DNA of 41,899 nucleotides from Octopus bimaculoides (Eukaryota). Within the stretch, counting starts at the first letter, position 1, and each line of letters begins with the position of its first letter. Position numbers and translations under genes: made by a program. Positions 13,496 to 26,814 of the stretch are shown in pieces. The stretch spans positions 12,179,014-12,220,912 of the forward strand of contig NC_068981.1 of assembly GCF_001194135.2 (NCBI RefSeq), read 5' to 3'. Under the pieces are notes generated by a model that saw nothing but the letters and a program-made list of their open reading frames with translations, did not search any database and was not told where the DNA came from.

Positions 13496-14700
13496 TTCTT
13501 CGACAAAAGATAAATAAACATACTATTTACCTTACGAACTACCCTTTCCTAGAGGTAAAGCTATATATCTGGCTCCAGTACATTGAGAGTGCAGTAGATT
13601 GTCTGACATTTAACACTATTAACTAGAATACAGTTGACAACTCCCACTACTTCCTGACCCTACTACATCTGAATTCATTGAAAATGCACATCTAGTGACT
13701 AAGGTCAGACCAGTGAATTATACTACCATTCCGACATCTGCATACACAAATATTAAAAACAGGTCTAACACCAACGCTGCCTCTTCGGTCTCTTTTACAA
13801 TGACCATCCCTTTCTTTCTTTCCATCACGTTCTAATCCACCCAAACAAACACACACTGAACTGCTTATATACCCCAATCAATCTTTTCATTATTGAAAAT
13901 TGATAAACAACCTTCATTTATACATTCGCTACTTCCAACGTTAATTACATATCTCCGGAGAAAATGAACAAATGAATTATGATCCATCCGTTGTCCCTAG
14001 ATACTGTACTTTATTCATCCCAGGAGTGCGGACTGTAAGAAATATTGGATTTGTGTAAACGCGTGTAGCGATGCATTAAATTATTTATTAATCCCATTCA
14101 TGGATTACTAGTATCATTCCTATTTCATTCTAGATTATATACGCACAACTCAGTACATCTTTAAAAAAAGCTGCTATTGTTAGTTGATATAATTAGACTG
14201 TACCTGTCATAATAAAATAAGAGCTTTTTGTATGCATACTCAAAAACCTTTCCCGTTAACGAACTTAAGGGATATATATATTCGCATATATATATATATA
14301 TATANNNNNNNNNNNNNNNNNNNNNNNNNNNNNNNNNNNNNNNNNNNNNNNNNNNNNNNNNNNNNNNNNNNNNNNNNNNNNNNNNNNNNNNNNNNNNNNN
14401 NNNNNNNNNNNNNNNNNNNNNNNNNNNNNNNNNNNNNNNNNNNNNNNNNNNNNNNNNNNNNNNNNNNNNNNNNNNNNNNNNNNNNNNNNNNNNNNNNNNN
14501 NNNNNNNNNNNNNNNNNNNNNNNNNNNNNNNNNNNNNNNNNNNNNNNNNNNNNNNNNNNNNNNNNNNNNNNNNNNNNNNNNNNNNNNNNNNNNNNNNNNN
14601 NNNNNNNNNNNNNNNNNNNNNNNNNNNNNNNNNNNNNNNNNNNNNNNNNNNNNNNNNNNNNNNNNNNNNNNNNNNNNNNNNNNNNNNNNATATATATAAT

Positions 14701-14975
14701 TGGAGTTAAACACGGGTGCTATTCAAATTCTTTTACTTCCGACACTAGTTTCGAAGACAACATTGGCATTATTCTAAAGGAATAACATGGTGTAAAACAA
14801 TGTAATTTTCTCATCAGGAAAAGAAGGAAAAGAAGGAAAGAAACCAAACACTAATCAATAAGACATTTTAACAGAATGTAATGGATCGATTTTATTCCTT
14901 TGGAATAATACCAATGTCGTCTTCGAAACACATGTCGGAATCAAAGAATTTGGATAACACCTACGTTTAACTCCA
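14701..14975. mobile_element. MITE-like element with ~85-bp terminal inverted repeats
   Basis: tggagttaaacacgggtgctattcaaattctttta..ggaataa (14701-14785) is the inverted match of ttattcctttggaataat..cacctacgtttaactcca (~14892-14975). Confidence 0.85.
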
Positions 14976-15164
14976 TTTAATTATTTATATATATGATACA
15001 AAATATTTCACATCTACCCGCAGTTTCTACCTTTACAAACAGGGTGTTACGTCCTTATTACTTGAGTGATTTTTTGCTGCTCTGGTAACTGTTTATCTAT
15101 TTTTTCCGTGTAAAATGTAAACACGGGAAAAATACAGACATTCATTCATATATATATATATACA

Positions 15165-15610
15165 TGTTATATGGGTACAGGATATCACCAACGGTGCAAA
15201 TAACATGAAATACATAAACAATGAGAAAAGGAGAATAAAATGGAAAACAGGACAAGTAAACACAGCGAAACCACCCTTCATCAGTTGTCAGCTGTCTCTC
15301 TACTCCTCATTTCGAGCATTCGACCACAATATGAGACTTAAAAGACAGTTGCTCCCATAAATTCCAAAAATAAAATTTAGGATTTATGGAGAATCGAAGT
15401 TGGGAACACAAACATGATAGTGAAGACATACAAGGAAAAAGGACGAAACTTAACATGGTGGGTCGTTAGACCAGAACGAGAGGAAAATAGTGAACGCTGG
15501 GGGAAAAATTTTATTTTTTGAAAAGAGGAACAATAGAAGAGAGAGAGAAAAACACGTCCGCTCTTTTGAACGTACGTGCAAGAAAAGAAAGATGGTCCCG
15601 TGTGAGCGAC
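15165..15610. repeat. Probable interspersed repeat, family unresolved
   Basis: Resembles a recurrent octopus repeat from recall only. No second copy in this window and no coding motif. Confidence 0.3.
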
Positions 15611-15673
<63 letters not shown>

Positions 15674-16019
15674 TGAGTGAGAGAGAGAGAAATAGTGAGT
15701 GAGAGAGAAAAGAAAGAGTGGAGAGATTGTGACTGAGATAGAAAATGGTGAAAGAGGAAGGAGTTAGAGAAAGGGAATTAGAGAAGGCTGGAGGATAACA
15801 TTGCGAATATCTTAAATTGGGTTCATATCTTTGATTTTGATCTATGCACCAGTGTTCTAGATATTTGTATAATATGAATTGTTAACTATCGTACTAATTT
15901 TAAAAGTGATTGTAATTAGAAGTTCTGTTCTAATCAGGAGGAAAATAAAAGCTTTATTGCATCGGTTCTGGACACAAAATGCAGGGACAGCGACAGTAGT
16001 ATTTAAAATAATCTTTTCT

Positions 16020-16180
16020 TTTATAAGAACACGGTCTGAAATTTGAGGGGAGGGATGAAATCGATTACATTGATTTTGTGGAGGGGTCCAGTCGATTAGA
16101 TCTCCCCAATACGCAACTGGTAACTATTTTATTAAGCCCGAATGAATGAAAGGCAAAGACGACACAGCGGAATTTAAATA
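16020..16180 (-). mobile_element. SINE family 1, 3' portion
   Basis: ccaatacgcaactggtaactattttattaagcccgaatgaatgaaaggcaaagacgacacagcggaattt matches the family 1 body in reverse. Confidence 0.75.
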
Positions 16181-16566
16181 CATGCATTCCGTTCAGATAT
16201 CATTGAGGTAGTAATTTGATATATGTATTTTATGACCACCCGAAGAGATTACATAAAATTCTGAACTGATTTTCGATAAAAAATATTCTTTTCAGTAAGG
16301 AAAAGAATATGGATTTGTTAGACGTTCAAGTTTTGAAATTTCTTTATATATCACTACAATTTCCCTTTCATCAGAAACAAACAAACAACTGGAAAAACAT
16401 TCTCGACCATCGTGAGGACGATAATACAATGAGCAGTGTATATTGTTCATATGTTTTTTTAAGTAAGGTGTAAGATTTGAGGATTATGTGTATAGAATTG
16501 TATTCATAATCTACATTCTTTCAAGCTTGATTGTTGCCAAGGCGGTTCAGGCTTCCACCACTACAT

Positions 16567-16618
<52 letters not shown>

Positions 16619-16659
16619 CGTGTGCGCGTATGCGTGTGTGTGTTTGTGTTTGTGTGTTT

Positions 16660-16785
16660 GCGTGTGTGTATTTGTGTGGCTTGACAGAAAAAGTACCGAT
16701 AGAATAAGTACCCGACCTGAATTTAAATACTGGGTTACATCTGCTCGACTAAACCCAATGTCAAGGTTGTTGGCTGTGTAGAAAG
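16660..16785 (+). mobile_element. SINE family 2, 3' fragment
   Basis: ccgatagaataagtacc...ctgctcgactaaaccc is shared with the 11746 copy. Confidence 0.6.
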
Positions 16786-16868
16786 TACATTTACCAACAA
16801 CTACCCAGGCACAAACACATTCTTCCAGTTCACATGTAGAATTAATACAGCCAACAACCTATCTATGG

Positions 16869-17270
16869 GCTCTCTTTTACTCTTTTACTTGTTTCAGTCA
16901 TTTGACTACGGCCATGCTGGAGCACCACCTTTGTAGTCGAGCAAATCGACCCCAGAGCTTATTCTTTGTAAGCCTAGTACTTATTCTATCGGTCATTTTT
17001 GCCGAACCGCTAAGTTACGGGGACCCAAACACACCAGCATCGCTTGTCAAGCGATGCTGGGGGACAAACAGACACACAAACATACACACACACACGCACA
17101 CGCACACACATATACATATAAGACAGGCTTCTTCCAGTTTCCGTCTAACAAATTCAGTCACAAGGCTTTGGTCGGCCCGAAGTTATAGTAGAAGACGCTT
17201 GCCCAAGGTGCCACGCAGTGAGACTGAACCCGGGACCATGTGGTGGGTAAGAAAGCTGCTCACTCACACA
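16869..17270 (-). mobile_element. SINE family 2, near full length
   Basis: Reverse-complement match to the 11746 copy over the tail, body, CORE-like block (ttgcccaaggtgccacgcagtg) and head. Confidence 0.9.
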
Positions 17271-17887
17271 TTTAGAGGAGAACAAGATTTAATGCCTGCA
17301 TACACAATTACAAATCACATCCATTGGTCCATTGGATATAGTAAATTTACAAACCTTGATTTCTTTGACTTGCAAATTCATAGATTAAACATGAAAGCTT
17401 TAACTTTTGAATTACTTTTTTTTGCCTACACATCCGTACAACGAATATGTTCCCAAAATTCCAAGTCCTCCCACCTTACATTCTTTTAAGCAATTGAATT
17501 CAACACGAATAAATGAAGAAAATGTATTTATATAAATATACGAACTACGACTCAGATAGCATGTACCTGCTGCACGTGCACCAAACCATGGATAATATAG
17601 CATGCCGAAAACAATTTAAATGTATCTGTCCACTCTACAAGTGGTCAGATTAAATTGAGAGAGCCCTGATTGGGACTGTCAAAATAGACATTCATTCAAA
17701 CGTATCCGTCTTAATTTTCGGCAAAAAATATTATTACATGACGTTAACGCATGCAGGAAATTTGAAGCCGAATAACATAATCATCCTCTGGCAGTCAAAT
17801 TGTGTCCTAAATAGATATTAATTTGAAGCATGTTCTCTCCATAAAAAAAAAAACAAAACAAGGGAATGTTCGATCTCCACTCAGAAG

Positions 17888-19030
17888 CAAGACAGTTATC
17901 GCATAGCCCGTACTCTTTCTAACTGAGCAAGGTACTGGGACTGGATCTTGAAATCCTGGTCCCGGCTGCACAAGTGTCGTAGGCGGAGGAACTGGTAGTA
18001 AGGGATGGCCCAGTTGGTGTGTGAGGAATGGGAGTTTGAGGTGGCAGTCCGTGGGTTTGAAGAAGGCGGAGGTCGTGAGAGAATTTGAGAGGAGATCAAT
18101 GATGAGAGATATCTAAGGTTTATAGGTGTGTCAGAGATGGTAGAGGTAAATTGGAAAGAAGGGTGAAAGTTACATAGGAAAGAAATGAAACTGGCGAATT
18201 GTTCATGGGAGAGGGAGGTGCCCTCTATGCAATCATCTGTGTAGCGGCCGTATAGCTCTGGGGTCGGTCGGGATGTTGGGAGAATACTTTGGCTTCAATG
18301 TAGCCAACAAATAGGTTGGCAAAATCGGGGCCCATTCTCGTTCCCATAGACACGCCCGTCCATTTTGATAAATCGCCCTAGCTAACGTAAAGCTGTTGAG
18401 GATAAGGACGAGTTCTGGCAGACGGAGAAGGGTGGAGGTCCTGGGATTGGGGTCTGGGTGACGGTCGAGGAAGTATTGGAGGACTAAGGGACCGTCTTTG
18501 TGGGGGATCACCGTGTATAGGGATTTGATGTTCAAGGGGAAGAGGAACTGTGAGGAGCCGGAAAGGAAGGGGACGTAATTGAAAAAAGCAAAGGGCGTAA
18601 TTAGTGCCATGCATATTGGATGGGAGGACAGCAACTAAAGGGGACAGGATGCGGTCAATTTATTTGGAGATGAGTTTTGTGGGGCAATTACAGGCAGAAA
18701 CAACGGGGCGGCCAGAGTTGTCGGATTTATGTAATTTGAGAATGAAATAGTTGCTGTATGTATGGGGTGTTCGAATGGCGAGGTTAGTGGCGGTAGGGGT
18801 GCAGAAGATACGAGGTTATGGATGGTGGAGGACAAGCGCTGCTGGTCGGAGGAGGTGATAAAAGAGGGCATTTCGAAGCTGACTGGGCGTTTACTCCTTG
18901 CATAGGTCCGCGCACCACACCACCACTGCTGCACCTTTTGCTACCGGCTTGACGACGATGTCGTTGCGGCTACAGAGGTCGTGAAGGGCAATCGATTCAG
19001 CCCGCGTGATGTTGGTCCGGAAGGATGTTT
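17888..19030 (-). mobile_element. Penelope-like element, reverse transcriptase fragment (frameshifted, truncated)
   Basis: Translates as NITRAESIALHDLCSRNDIVVKPVAKGAAVVVW, LNIKSLYTVIPHKDG, TLLRLPELVLILNSF, GVSMGTRMGPDFANLFVGYIE, PELYGRYTDDCI (YxDD-type catalytic motif at 18232-18246) and YYQFLRLRHLCS. These are characteristic PLE RT and thumb motifs. Confidence 0.9.
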
Positions 19031-19032
19031 TT

Positions 19033-19127
<95 letters not shown>

Positions 19128-19889
19128 ATGTATGTATTTATGTATGTATGAATGTAATCACACACATATACACACATGCACAGACACACGCGCACACACA
19201 CATACACCCATTAGTCAGTGCGTATCGTAGCCTCAGTATACTTAATTCGGCTAATATTTAGTACTTCGAAGACGCTACCTATTTTACACGTTTATCTCCA
19301 CTGCAAATTAATAGCGAAATCAAATTTTAAGTGACATTCAACATAACGTCTGAATACATCTGTGTCTCTGAATACAACATATCCCGTGTGTCTGAAATTA
19401 AAAGGGAATTGCCGAAATGTTTCCTGGCAAAAATAGCATTAATTACAATTAAATTAAAACCAACATTATAAAAGAGAAGTAATGAACGTGCGGCTAATTT
19501 AAATTGCAATGTCAAATTAAGCCAAAATTGGGATCATTGAACTTGTGTAAAAGGGTAACTAGCTACATGCTACCAGCTGACAAACTGAATTGGATAATTC
19601 ATGGTATGGCTAATCAAATAGGAGTAATTAGGAGAGTAATTATATTCGCAAATTGCTAATTAAAATTTTACAAATGTCACGATTCAAGTAGTGTCTTAAT
19701 AATTTTAGCTCTGAATATTTCAGGGTGAATTATCCGATTACTCGGGATATCAGGTAAATGTTTATTAAAATTTATATAATCGGAAACGTGATTCTTCGTT
19801 TCGACCATACGTTACACTAATGAAGCTCAAGAATTAGAAAATTACTATTTTTAAAGCTCACGACGAAGGATGTTCAGCAACAGTACTTT

Positions 19890-20057
19890 GTAGTAAAGAT
19901 TGTTTGCCAACATAACATGGCAGTCCTGGTACATATTCTATCGATCACTGTTGCGGAACCGCTAAGTACCGGGCACCTAAACACCCCAGCATCGGTTGTC
20001 AAGCGATGGTGTCGGGGAGGGAGAGACAGAGACAGACACACATGCAAATATATATCA

Positions 20058-20116
<59 letters not shown>

Positions 20117-20215
20117 TGTATACAACAGGATTCTTTCAGTTTATGTCTACAAAATCCATTCAGAAGACTTTTGCCGGCCACAGGCTACAGCAGAAGACAC
20201 TTGGCAAGCTCTCGC
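19890..20215 (-). mobile_element. SINE family 2, diverged copy
   Basis: catggcagtcctgg..gaaccgctaagt..ccagcatcggttgtcaagcgatg..agaagacacttggcaag matches the other copies. Confidence 0.8.
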
Positions 20216-20304
20216 AAGTGGAAAACTTTCTAAAATGAAAGTGTCACATGCATTAGCTACAAAGCATGGAGTTGTGGAGTTACTAAAAATCACAGCCCTA
20301 TTTC

Positions 20305-20825
20305 TCTGATCCCACAGGTTAGCAAATCCATGGAACGCATTTTCTAAAGGAAGCTGATCACATTCTTAGAATTAAATGGCTTTCACACTAACTCGCATAT
20401 CGTCTGGTAGGAGAGAGCTCCTTCTCACAGCACTCCAGTATAATGAATGGCTACTGAAACAGCAGCTCAACCGTTCAAATGTGGATGTGACTTTACCAAA
20501 CCCTTCAACATTTCGATCAGCAGTTGATATTCAACAAGCCACGTGACCTCGATATAGTTCGGAACCTAGGGGAGATATTGCTTGACATTGTAAATGATAT
20601 AGTTCAAGCAGTCTCCTTGAGAATATTTTAATACAAAGTGGAGTGCCACGAGGAACTTTACTGGGACCACTGCCGTTCATCATGGTGTTCTCAAACCTAG
20701 CCTCAATCATAAAGTTAGCTCTTCTCACCAGCTATGTTGATGCTATAAAGTATCACAAGCAATCAAGGACCCTGAATATATCTCAAAGCCTCAGAAACAT
20801 TTGAATGCAATATGCAAGTAAGCTA
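20305..20825 (+). mobile_element. LINE reverse transcriptase fossil (CR1/L2/Jockey-type)
   Basis: SKSMERIF*RKLITFLE, SGVPRGTLLGPLPF (20637-20680; cf. SGVPQGxVLGPLLF) and TSYVDAIK (degenerate YADDTK). Confidence 0.8.
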
Positions 20826-20826
20826 A

Positions 20827-20865
20827 GGCAGCGAGCTAGCAGAAACGTTATCACACCGGGTGATA
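20827..20865 (+). mobile_element. SINE family 1, head only
   Basis: ggcagcgagctagcagaaacgttatcacaccgggtga matches the 8972 head. Confidence 0.7.
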
Positions 20866-22011
20866 TTCTTTCTTTCGAATGTAACTCGTAATTAGATTAC
20901 AAATTAAAAAAAAATAGAAAGTGTCGAAAGAAAAATAAAAGGATTGACAAAAGTGGCTGGAAACAAAAATGGGACTTAGACCTGAGAACACAGTTCTAGG
21001 GGAGTTATACAATTTCATATGCCCGGAAGTTTTTTGTGAGTACCGCATGTATTAAATTTTACAGGATGAACATTGTGTCTTCGAATATTCTTGTTACATT
21101 TTATCATTACTCGTTGCCGACTGGTAAGGGGTAACTAATATCACTTTCAAACATTTCATTGCACAAATTAGTACTGACATATTGCATGAAGCCATGAATA
21201 TTTATTGATATGTATGTTTATATAAATAAATAAATAAATATATAAAAAATATTTACGTAAACGTATGTGTGTGTGAATGCGCGTGTGTGAGTGTGTGCGT
21301 GTGCGTGTGTGCCTGAATCTGTATATGTATATATAGGTATGTTCAGGAAAAATAGGACACAAAGTATGAGTACATGAATATTGACTGTCAATATACAATA
21401 ATAAAGCACAAAAAGAGAATGACTCTTCCCAGACAATAAAACTGGCTTCAACACACGAATCCACATAAAGTATCTTTCAAAGCAAGGCCCAAAACGAAAT
21501 ACATATATATGAATAGATGTATAATTGTATATATATNNNNNNNNNNNNNNNNNNNNNNNNNNNNNNNNNNNNNNNNNNNNNNNNNNNNNNNNNNNNNNNN
21601 NNNNNNNNNNNNNNNNNNNNNNNNNNNNNNNNNNNNNNNNNNNNNNNNNNNNNNNNNNNNNNNNNNNNNNNNNNNNNNNNNNNNNNNNNNNNNNNNNNNN
21701 NNNNNNNNNNNNNNNNNNNNNNNNNNNNNNNNNNNNNNNNNNNNNNNNNNNNNNNNNNNNNNNNNNNNNNTATATATATATATTTGAAAAAAATAATAAG
21801 GTACTCAGATGTCTGGATAGTTGTACATTTACTTATTTTTATTAATATGTCACATGCTCTTTTATAAATTAGCGCTTGCATCTATTCTTGTAGATTCTCC
21901 ATGTGACATATTAATAAAAATCTGTAAACGTACCTTATTATTTTTTCTAATATATAATTCATGTACATCACCTCTAAACCTTCTAATATATATATAAATA
22001 GATATATGAGA

Positions 22012-22063
<52 letters not shown>

Positions 22064-23040
22064 ATATGTATATATATTTATATAAATATATATATAGATA
22101 CACACACATGTATATGTATATGTATGTACGTGTGTATATCTGTTTGTACTTATGTATGAACGAAGAATGTAAAAAAAAATCGATACTTATCACTTAAGAT
22201 GTTTATATAATGTAAATATAAGGCTGTATATTTTTCACGACTACATGTACACAAACGTGTTGTCGGTATTGAAAAAATGTTTTTAAGTTCAAACAAAAAC
22301 AGATATTTTTCCGATGGCACGCATTTCCTAACAGCTGGTTAAAATGTCAGGCTTCAGACGGAAGACAAACGCTAACACCGAAGTTAAATACTGAAATAGA
22401 AAGCAAATGATTAAAACTTTGGTATAATCCTTTTATAATTTCGCACATTTTGTTATATTCCCTCCATCTATTTATCCCATTTTAGCGTATTATCGCGTTT
22501 AATATTACTTTCAAATTTATGCTCACTCAGTTGTGTATAAAAAAGGGTGAATGAGTGCAAAGTTTTTATTTAGAATTTTACTCATAAAGATCATACCCTG
22601 AGCGGCAAACTTCTCCACCTCTTTTGCATATTACACTATAAATATACATCGGTATATATACAGACAGATATGTATATATGCTAATATGTGCATCTTAGTG
22701 TAGCCTAATCTACATCTATTTCACAGTGTAATACAGACATGTCTGATACATACACACATACATTCATACTTACATACATACATACCGACACACTGGTAGA
22801 CTAACGCCTGTTTATATGCTCTGGCCACTACTGTAAAACATTACGTGAATGATATATAAAAAGCGCACAAAACCGAAACAACAAATTACCATCATGAGTT
22901 TTGAAAATTGAGAAAAACATAACTGGTTTACGGAAGACCATCAATTATATAATGATTTTTATTGCATGTAAACAAGCAAATCACTATACGTCCCACCATC
23001 AGAAAGTAAAGAATGAGATAGAAATGATGTTTGGAGGGAG

Positions 23041-23215
23041 GGCGGCGACCTGGTAGAATCGTTAGCACGCCGGGTGAAATGCATAGCGGTATTTCGTCTG
23101 CCGTTACGTTCTGAGTTCAAATTCCTCCGAGGTCGACTTTGCCTTTCATCCTTTCGGGGACGATAAATTAAGTACCAATTACGCACTGGGGTCGATATAA
23201 TCGGATTAATCCCTT
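23041..23215 (+). mobile_element. SINE family 1
   Basis: ggcggcgacctggtagaatcgttagcacgccggg...gaggtcgactttgcctttcatcctttcgggg; close match to the 8972 copy. Confidence 0.9.
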
Positions 23216-23489
23216 TGAGATATGAAACACACTGCCTAAGTACCATCTAGAGAAATTAGGTTTCTCAAAACCAGAAAAGGGGGAAGATAATTCGAATGCT
23301 ACAGATCCAATCAATTACTGGAACTGTAAAAATCTGTGAAACTTTCAGGACGTTTATCATTTATATATATATATATATATATATATTAATGTCTACACAT
23401 GCAACTATAGGCATTGGAATACATACGTAAAGCAAAAATATACAAATTTGTATATATACATACATGCATACAAACAAAAATACCCTGTT

Positions 23490-23580
23490 GGTGCTGTTGA
23501 AATTCCAATGAAGAAGCATTGAATCTAGGTTAGAAACCGGTTGTATTGGCAAGGAATATTGAAATAAACTGAACACACAC
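23490..23580 (+). repeat. Short interspersed repeat, second copy at 29545-29622
   Basis: ctaggttagaaaccggtt...attgg.aag.aat.ttgaaataaactgaa occurs twice in the window, each time followed by an (ACAT)-rich tract. Confidence 0.75.
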
Positions 23581-23662
23581 CCATACACACATACATGCAT
23601 GCATTCATGTTTGCATACATACATGCATACATACATACATATATACATTTAGGTTGCTTGAT

Positions 23663-23855
23663 TGGGCGCTTGATAAGATTCGAGCCATTGATGAGAAAAG
23701 ACGAAAAATACTAAGAATTACACATAATTGACACATAAACGGTAACGCAGACCGCCTTTACCTAAAACGCAAACAAGGTGACAGAGGCATAATATCGACC
23801 CCAAATGCCTTTGAATGTCTCATCATATCCCTCCGGCAACATCTTTTAACCACCG
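23663..23855 (+). mobile_element. Non-LTR retrotransposon fragment downstream of RT (R4/RTE-like)
   Basis: WALDKIRAIDEKRRKILRITHN*HINGNADRLYLKRKQGDRGII matches the DRLYxxRxxGGRGL motif. Confidence 0.7.
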
Positions 23856-23884
23856 AGCGTCGATGTGCTTTCCTTGGCCACGTT

Positions 23885-24061
23885 TACATACATGACAACC
23901 AACGTTGGTGTGTTAACGTCCCCGTAACTAAGCGGTTCTGCAAAAGAGACCGATAGAAAAAGTACAAGGGTAACAAAGTCCTGGAGTCGATTTGTCCGAC
24001 TAAAGGTGGTGCAGCAGCATGGCCGTAGTCAAGTCACTGACACAAATAAAGGAATAAAAGA

Positions 24062-24062
<1 letters not shown>
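23885..24062 (+). mobile_element. SINE family 2, 3' half
   Basis: ggtgtgttaacgtccccgtaactaagcggttctgcaaaagagaccgatag...cagcatggccgtagtcaa matches the 11746 copy. Confidence 0.85.
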
Positions 24063-24103
<41 letters not shown>

Positions 24104-24147
24104 GCATATATATATTTAAATATACATATATTTAAAAAGAAAAAAAA

Positions 24148-24190
<43 letters not shown>

Positions 24191-25584
24191 ATATATAAAT
24201 TCACCCGTGCGTATATACACATTTGAGTACAGAAAGTATGTATGGTGCACTGGGAAGAATTCGTATCGTGAATGTGCCGAATTACTGTTGCCTGATTTCA
24301 ACTTAGGTTGGAAATGTGTTCGTATACGTGTAAATAAACATTTAGTTATAGGAATGTGTAATATATGAAAACGCCGTTAGGTTTATAGATCGAAGTCTTG
24401 TGCTTATCTACTACTTTCTTGAATTCAATAACACGAGATTTCTAATTAGTATAGTGATAATTTACAAACAAAGAAAAAAAAACAAAAAACATAAACAAAA
24501 GACGAAAACTGGTGTGTAAACAACAAACAGATGTATTAGTTTAACGCTCGGTAAGTGAGCAAGTCTTTTACAATTTGAGCCTACGCTCTTCGACAGAAAG
24601 GACCACAGAAATAAAGAAGGAAAGAAAATAAAAAAGGTTTTGTGGCTGTTTCACTAGATATTTCAGTCTTATGTATTTTATTGTGTTCAGTTTTCATTTG
24701 AGACCTATATTTCGCAAACTTTGTCACAGGTGTATTTGTGAAAATGTTAGGATATATATATATAGATGATAAATTTAATGAATTTACCTAAATGAATGCC
24801 TTTGTTTTCACGCCAAATTCTCGGAAGCTCTTCTAATGTTACTACCTTGCCAACGCGTTAATAATTAGTGTACCTAGTAACCGCAAAATATTTAACGCAA
24901 GTCTTGTCCATGGTGTTATTCCTAATTTCACTTTCAAAAACATTCTACACAAGGGAGTACACTTTCCGTATACGTCACATTTCAGGTTTTCTCAAATATC
25001 TTCCTTGTTCCCTTATACATTCAAATCCTATCTGTGCTTGTAACCAAATTAATGCTTTCGGAGAGCTTATCGCTAAATATGTTATCACCACTCTTGCTGA
25101 TGGCTAATCGGTGACATATTCCTCACCATACTCAAGCGGTAAACGAATATATTATGGATTCCAGTAACAAACGATTTACCTGAGTATTTTCTGATTTTGT
25201 GTGCAACATAGATTTTCGAGCAGATGAGCTGAGCATTCAAAGTTTTAGCCTTTCAAATATTATTTATATTTTTCAATGCATAATCATTGTACAGCGGAAT
25301 TATTCTTTTCTGGAATGCTGTGTTGAGTAGTCCGCAGCATACTTTATGTTATCGTAGTTAGAATTTGTTATACTATGTTAGCATACATTGTGATTTCTTG
25401 ATCGTTATGGTATTCTGTATGACGAGATGCTTTATAGATAAGATTTTCGTATTCACCTTCCCTGTACTAGTGTTACACTACTACGATAGAAATAAACAAT
25501 TGTGTGAACAGTATTTTAGGAAAATTTATTATCAGTACATTAATCTCTTGAAACCACTTCAACAGTTTTTTTTTTTTCTGTCAG

Positions 25585-26560
25585 ATGAAATATTTGCGTG
25601 AAAAAAATTATTTAATCATTGTTGCCATACGTGTGGAATATAGCGATTTAGAAATTGCGAACTTACTAAATATGAAAAGATCATTTGTACACGAAGTACA
25701 TATGTAACTGCAAACGTCTGACAGGAAGTTTTCTTTCTACTGCATGAAACAGAAAAAAGTTATAATACAGTATAAGGTTACCACAGTTTATCCAACTTCT
25801 TCAAATATTATCGACGATGATACGGCAAAATCTATGAGCGCACCAATCCATGTACGTCGGGTGTCGCAGAGGAATATCAGGTGTACAAAGATATTAGATA
25901 CAATTCCTGTTTACTGGAGAGAGCTCAGTTCATATCTACAAAGCTGAAGGAAAACATTTTCATGCGTAGAAAGATTTTACTTAAGAAGTTTAAAAAAAAA
26001 ATCTTTTGAACCTATTATGCTTTGAATTTACTCCGATGATAATGCAAAACAGAAATTCCACGCAGAGCAGAAGTTTGATAGTATGACAGATGGTTCGTGG
26101 TTTCGTGATGATGCTTCCGATTTCACTGGAGGGATTCACGCTGTTTCTAGCAACTGCGTTATCTTAAGAAGTCGAAAATCTTGTAACGTCAGCCTTCAAC
26201 AGAGTTTGAGAATTAATACTGCTGGATACGTTGACGTACTCGAAAAAGTGGTTAATGCCTCTGAGGACGAGGGGAAAAATGGAAGGCCATGTGTCAGCAC
26301 ACTCTGACAAGCAAGTGACCCAAGGTTGAATATCAGACCATTTTACGGAGATGGAACTCCAAACGGGTTGCCTCCACACTCGACATATTTCAATTCCATA
26401 GCCAACTATATGTTCGTACTGATGTTAGAAAGCAGAGTATTCGAATCCTTCATAACATCATAACTTCACTGAAAGCCGCCATTGCAAAGATGATAATCGA
26501 AATGAATATCAACCATGTACTGCAAACATCATGACGACTGACTTTCTGCGCTCAAACAGT
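25585..26560 (+). mobile_element. Tc1/mariner transposase fossil, maT (DD37D)-like
   Basis: Multi-frame remnants: SDLEIANLLNMKRSFVHEV (HTH-like), YSDD (26029-26040; cf. FSDEKNF), QSLRINTAGYVDVLEKVV, GRP, LPPHSTYFNSIANYM (26369-26413; cf. WPPNSPDLNPLDY), SLKAAIAKM. TIRs not identified. Confidence 0.7.
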
Positions 26561-26814
26561 CAACGAGACTGTAGCCAAAGTCGTAAATTAATCTCAGAGA
26601 ATTCGAGCACATTCTTAATTAAAATCAATACATAAAATTTGTGCGAGATTGGAATTGTTTTATTAAATTACTATTTACATCCTCAGTTAACTTCGCACCC
26701 GATGTACACATACTTCTCTTATCTTCTATCTTTTATATGCTTCAGCCCAAAGACTGTGGCCAGGCTGGATCACCGCCACTATAATAACCTTTTTAGTGGT
26801 CATTCTTATGTAGT

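Noticed and set aside
13637-13834. Plus-strand open frame resembling a Ser/Thr stalk with a GPI-like C-terminus (LPLLPDPTTSEF...NAASSVSFTMTIPFFLSITF*)
   Set aside because: The nearest AG acceptor puts a stop in frame and there is no start codon or upstream exon. The opposite strand carries weak cadherin-like patterns, so this is more likely an antisense shadow.
19790-19845. Hammerhead-like words (ctaatga...gaaa)
   Set aside because: No convincing stem I, II or III pairing.
21065-21123. 59-nt plus-strand segment bounded by ttttacAG and GTAAGG
   Set aside because: Too short to assess, no recognisable peptide and no partner exons; such signals occur by chance in AT-rich DNA.
21168-21464. VWEESFSF resembling a C2-domain motif
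   Set aside because: The adjacent frames give a more complete cadherin pattern (WIRVLKPV, LTVNIHVL, PIFPEHTY), so the C2 match is incidental.
22850-22865. TATA-like tatataaaaagcgc
   Set aside because: No supported downstream gene, and TATA-like words are ubiquitous here.
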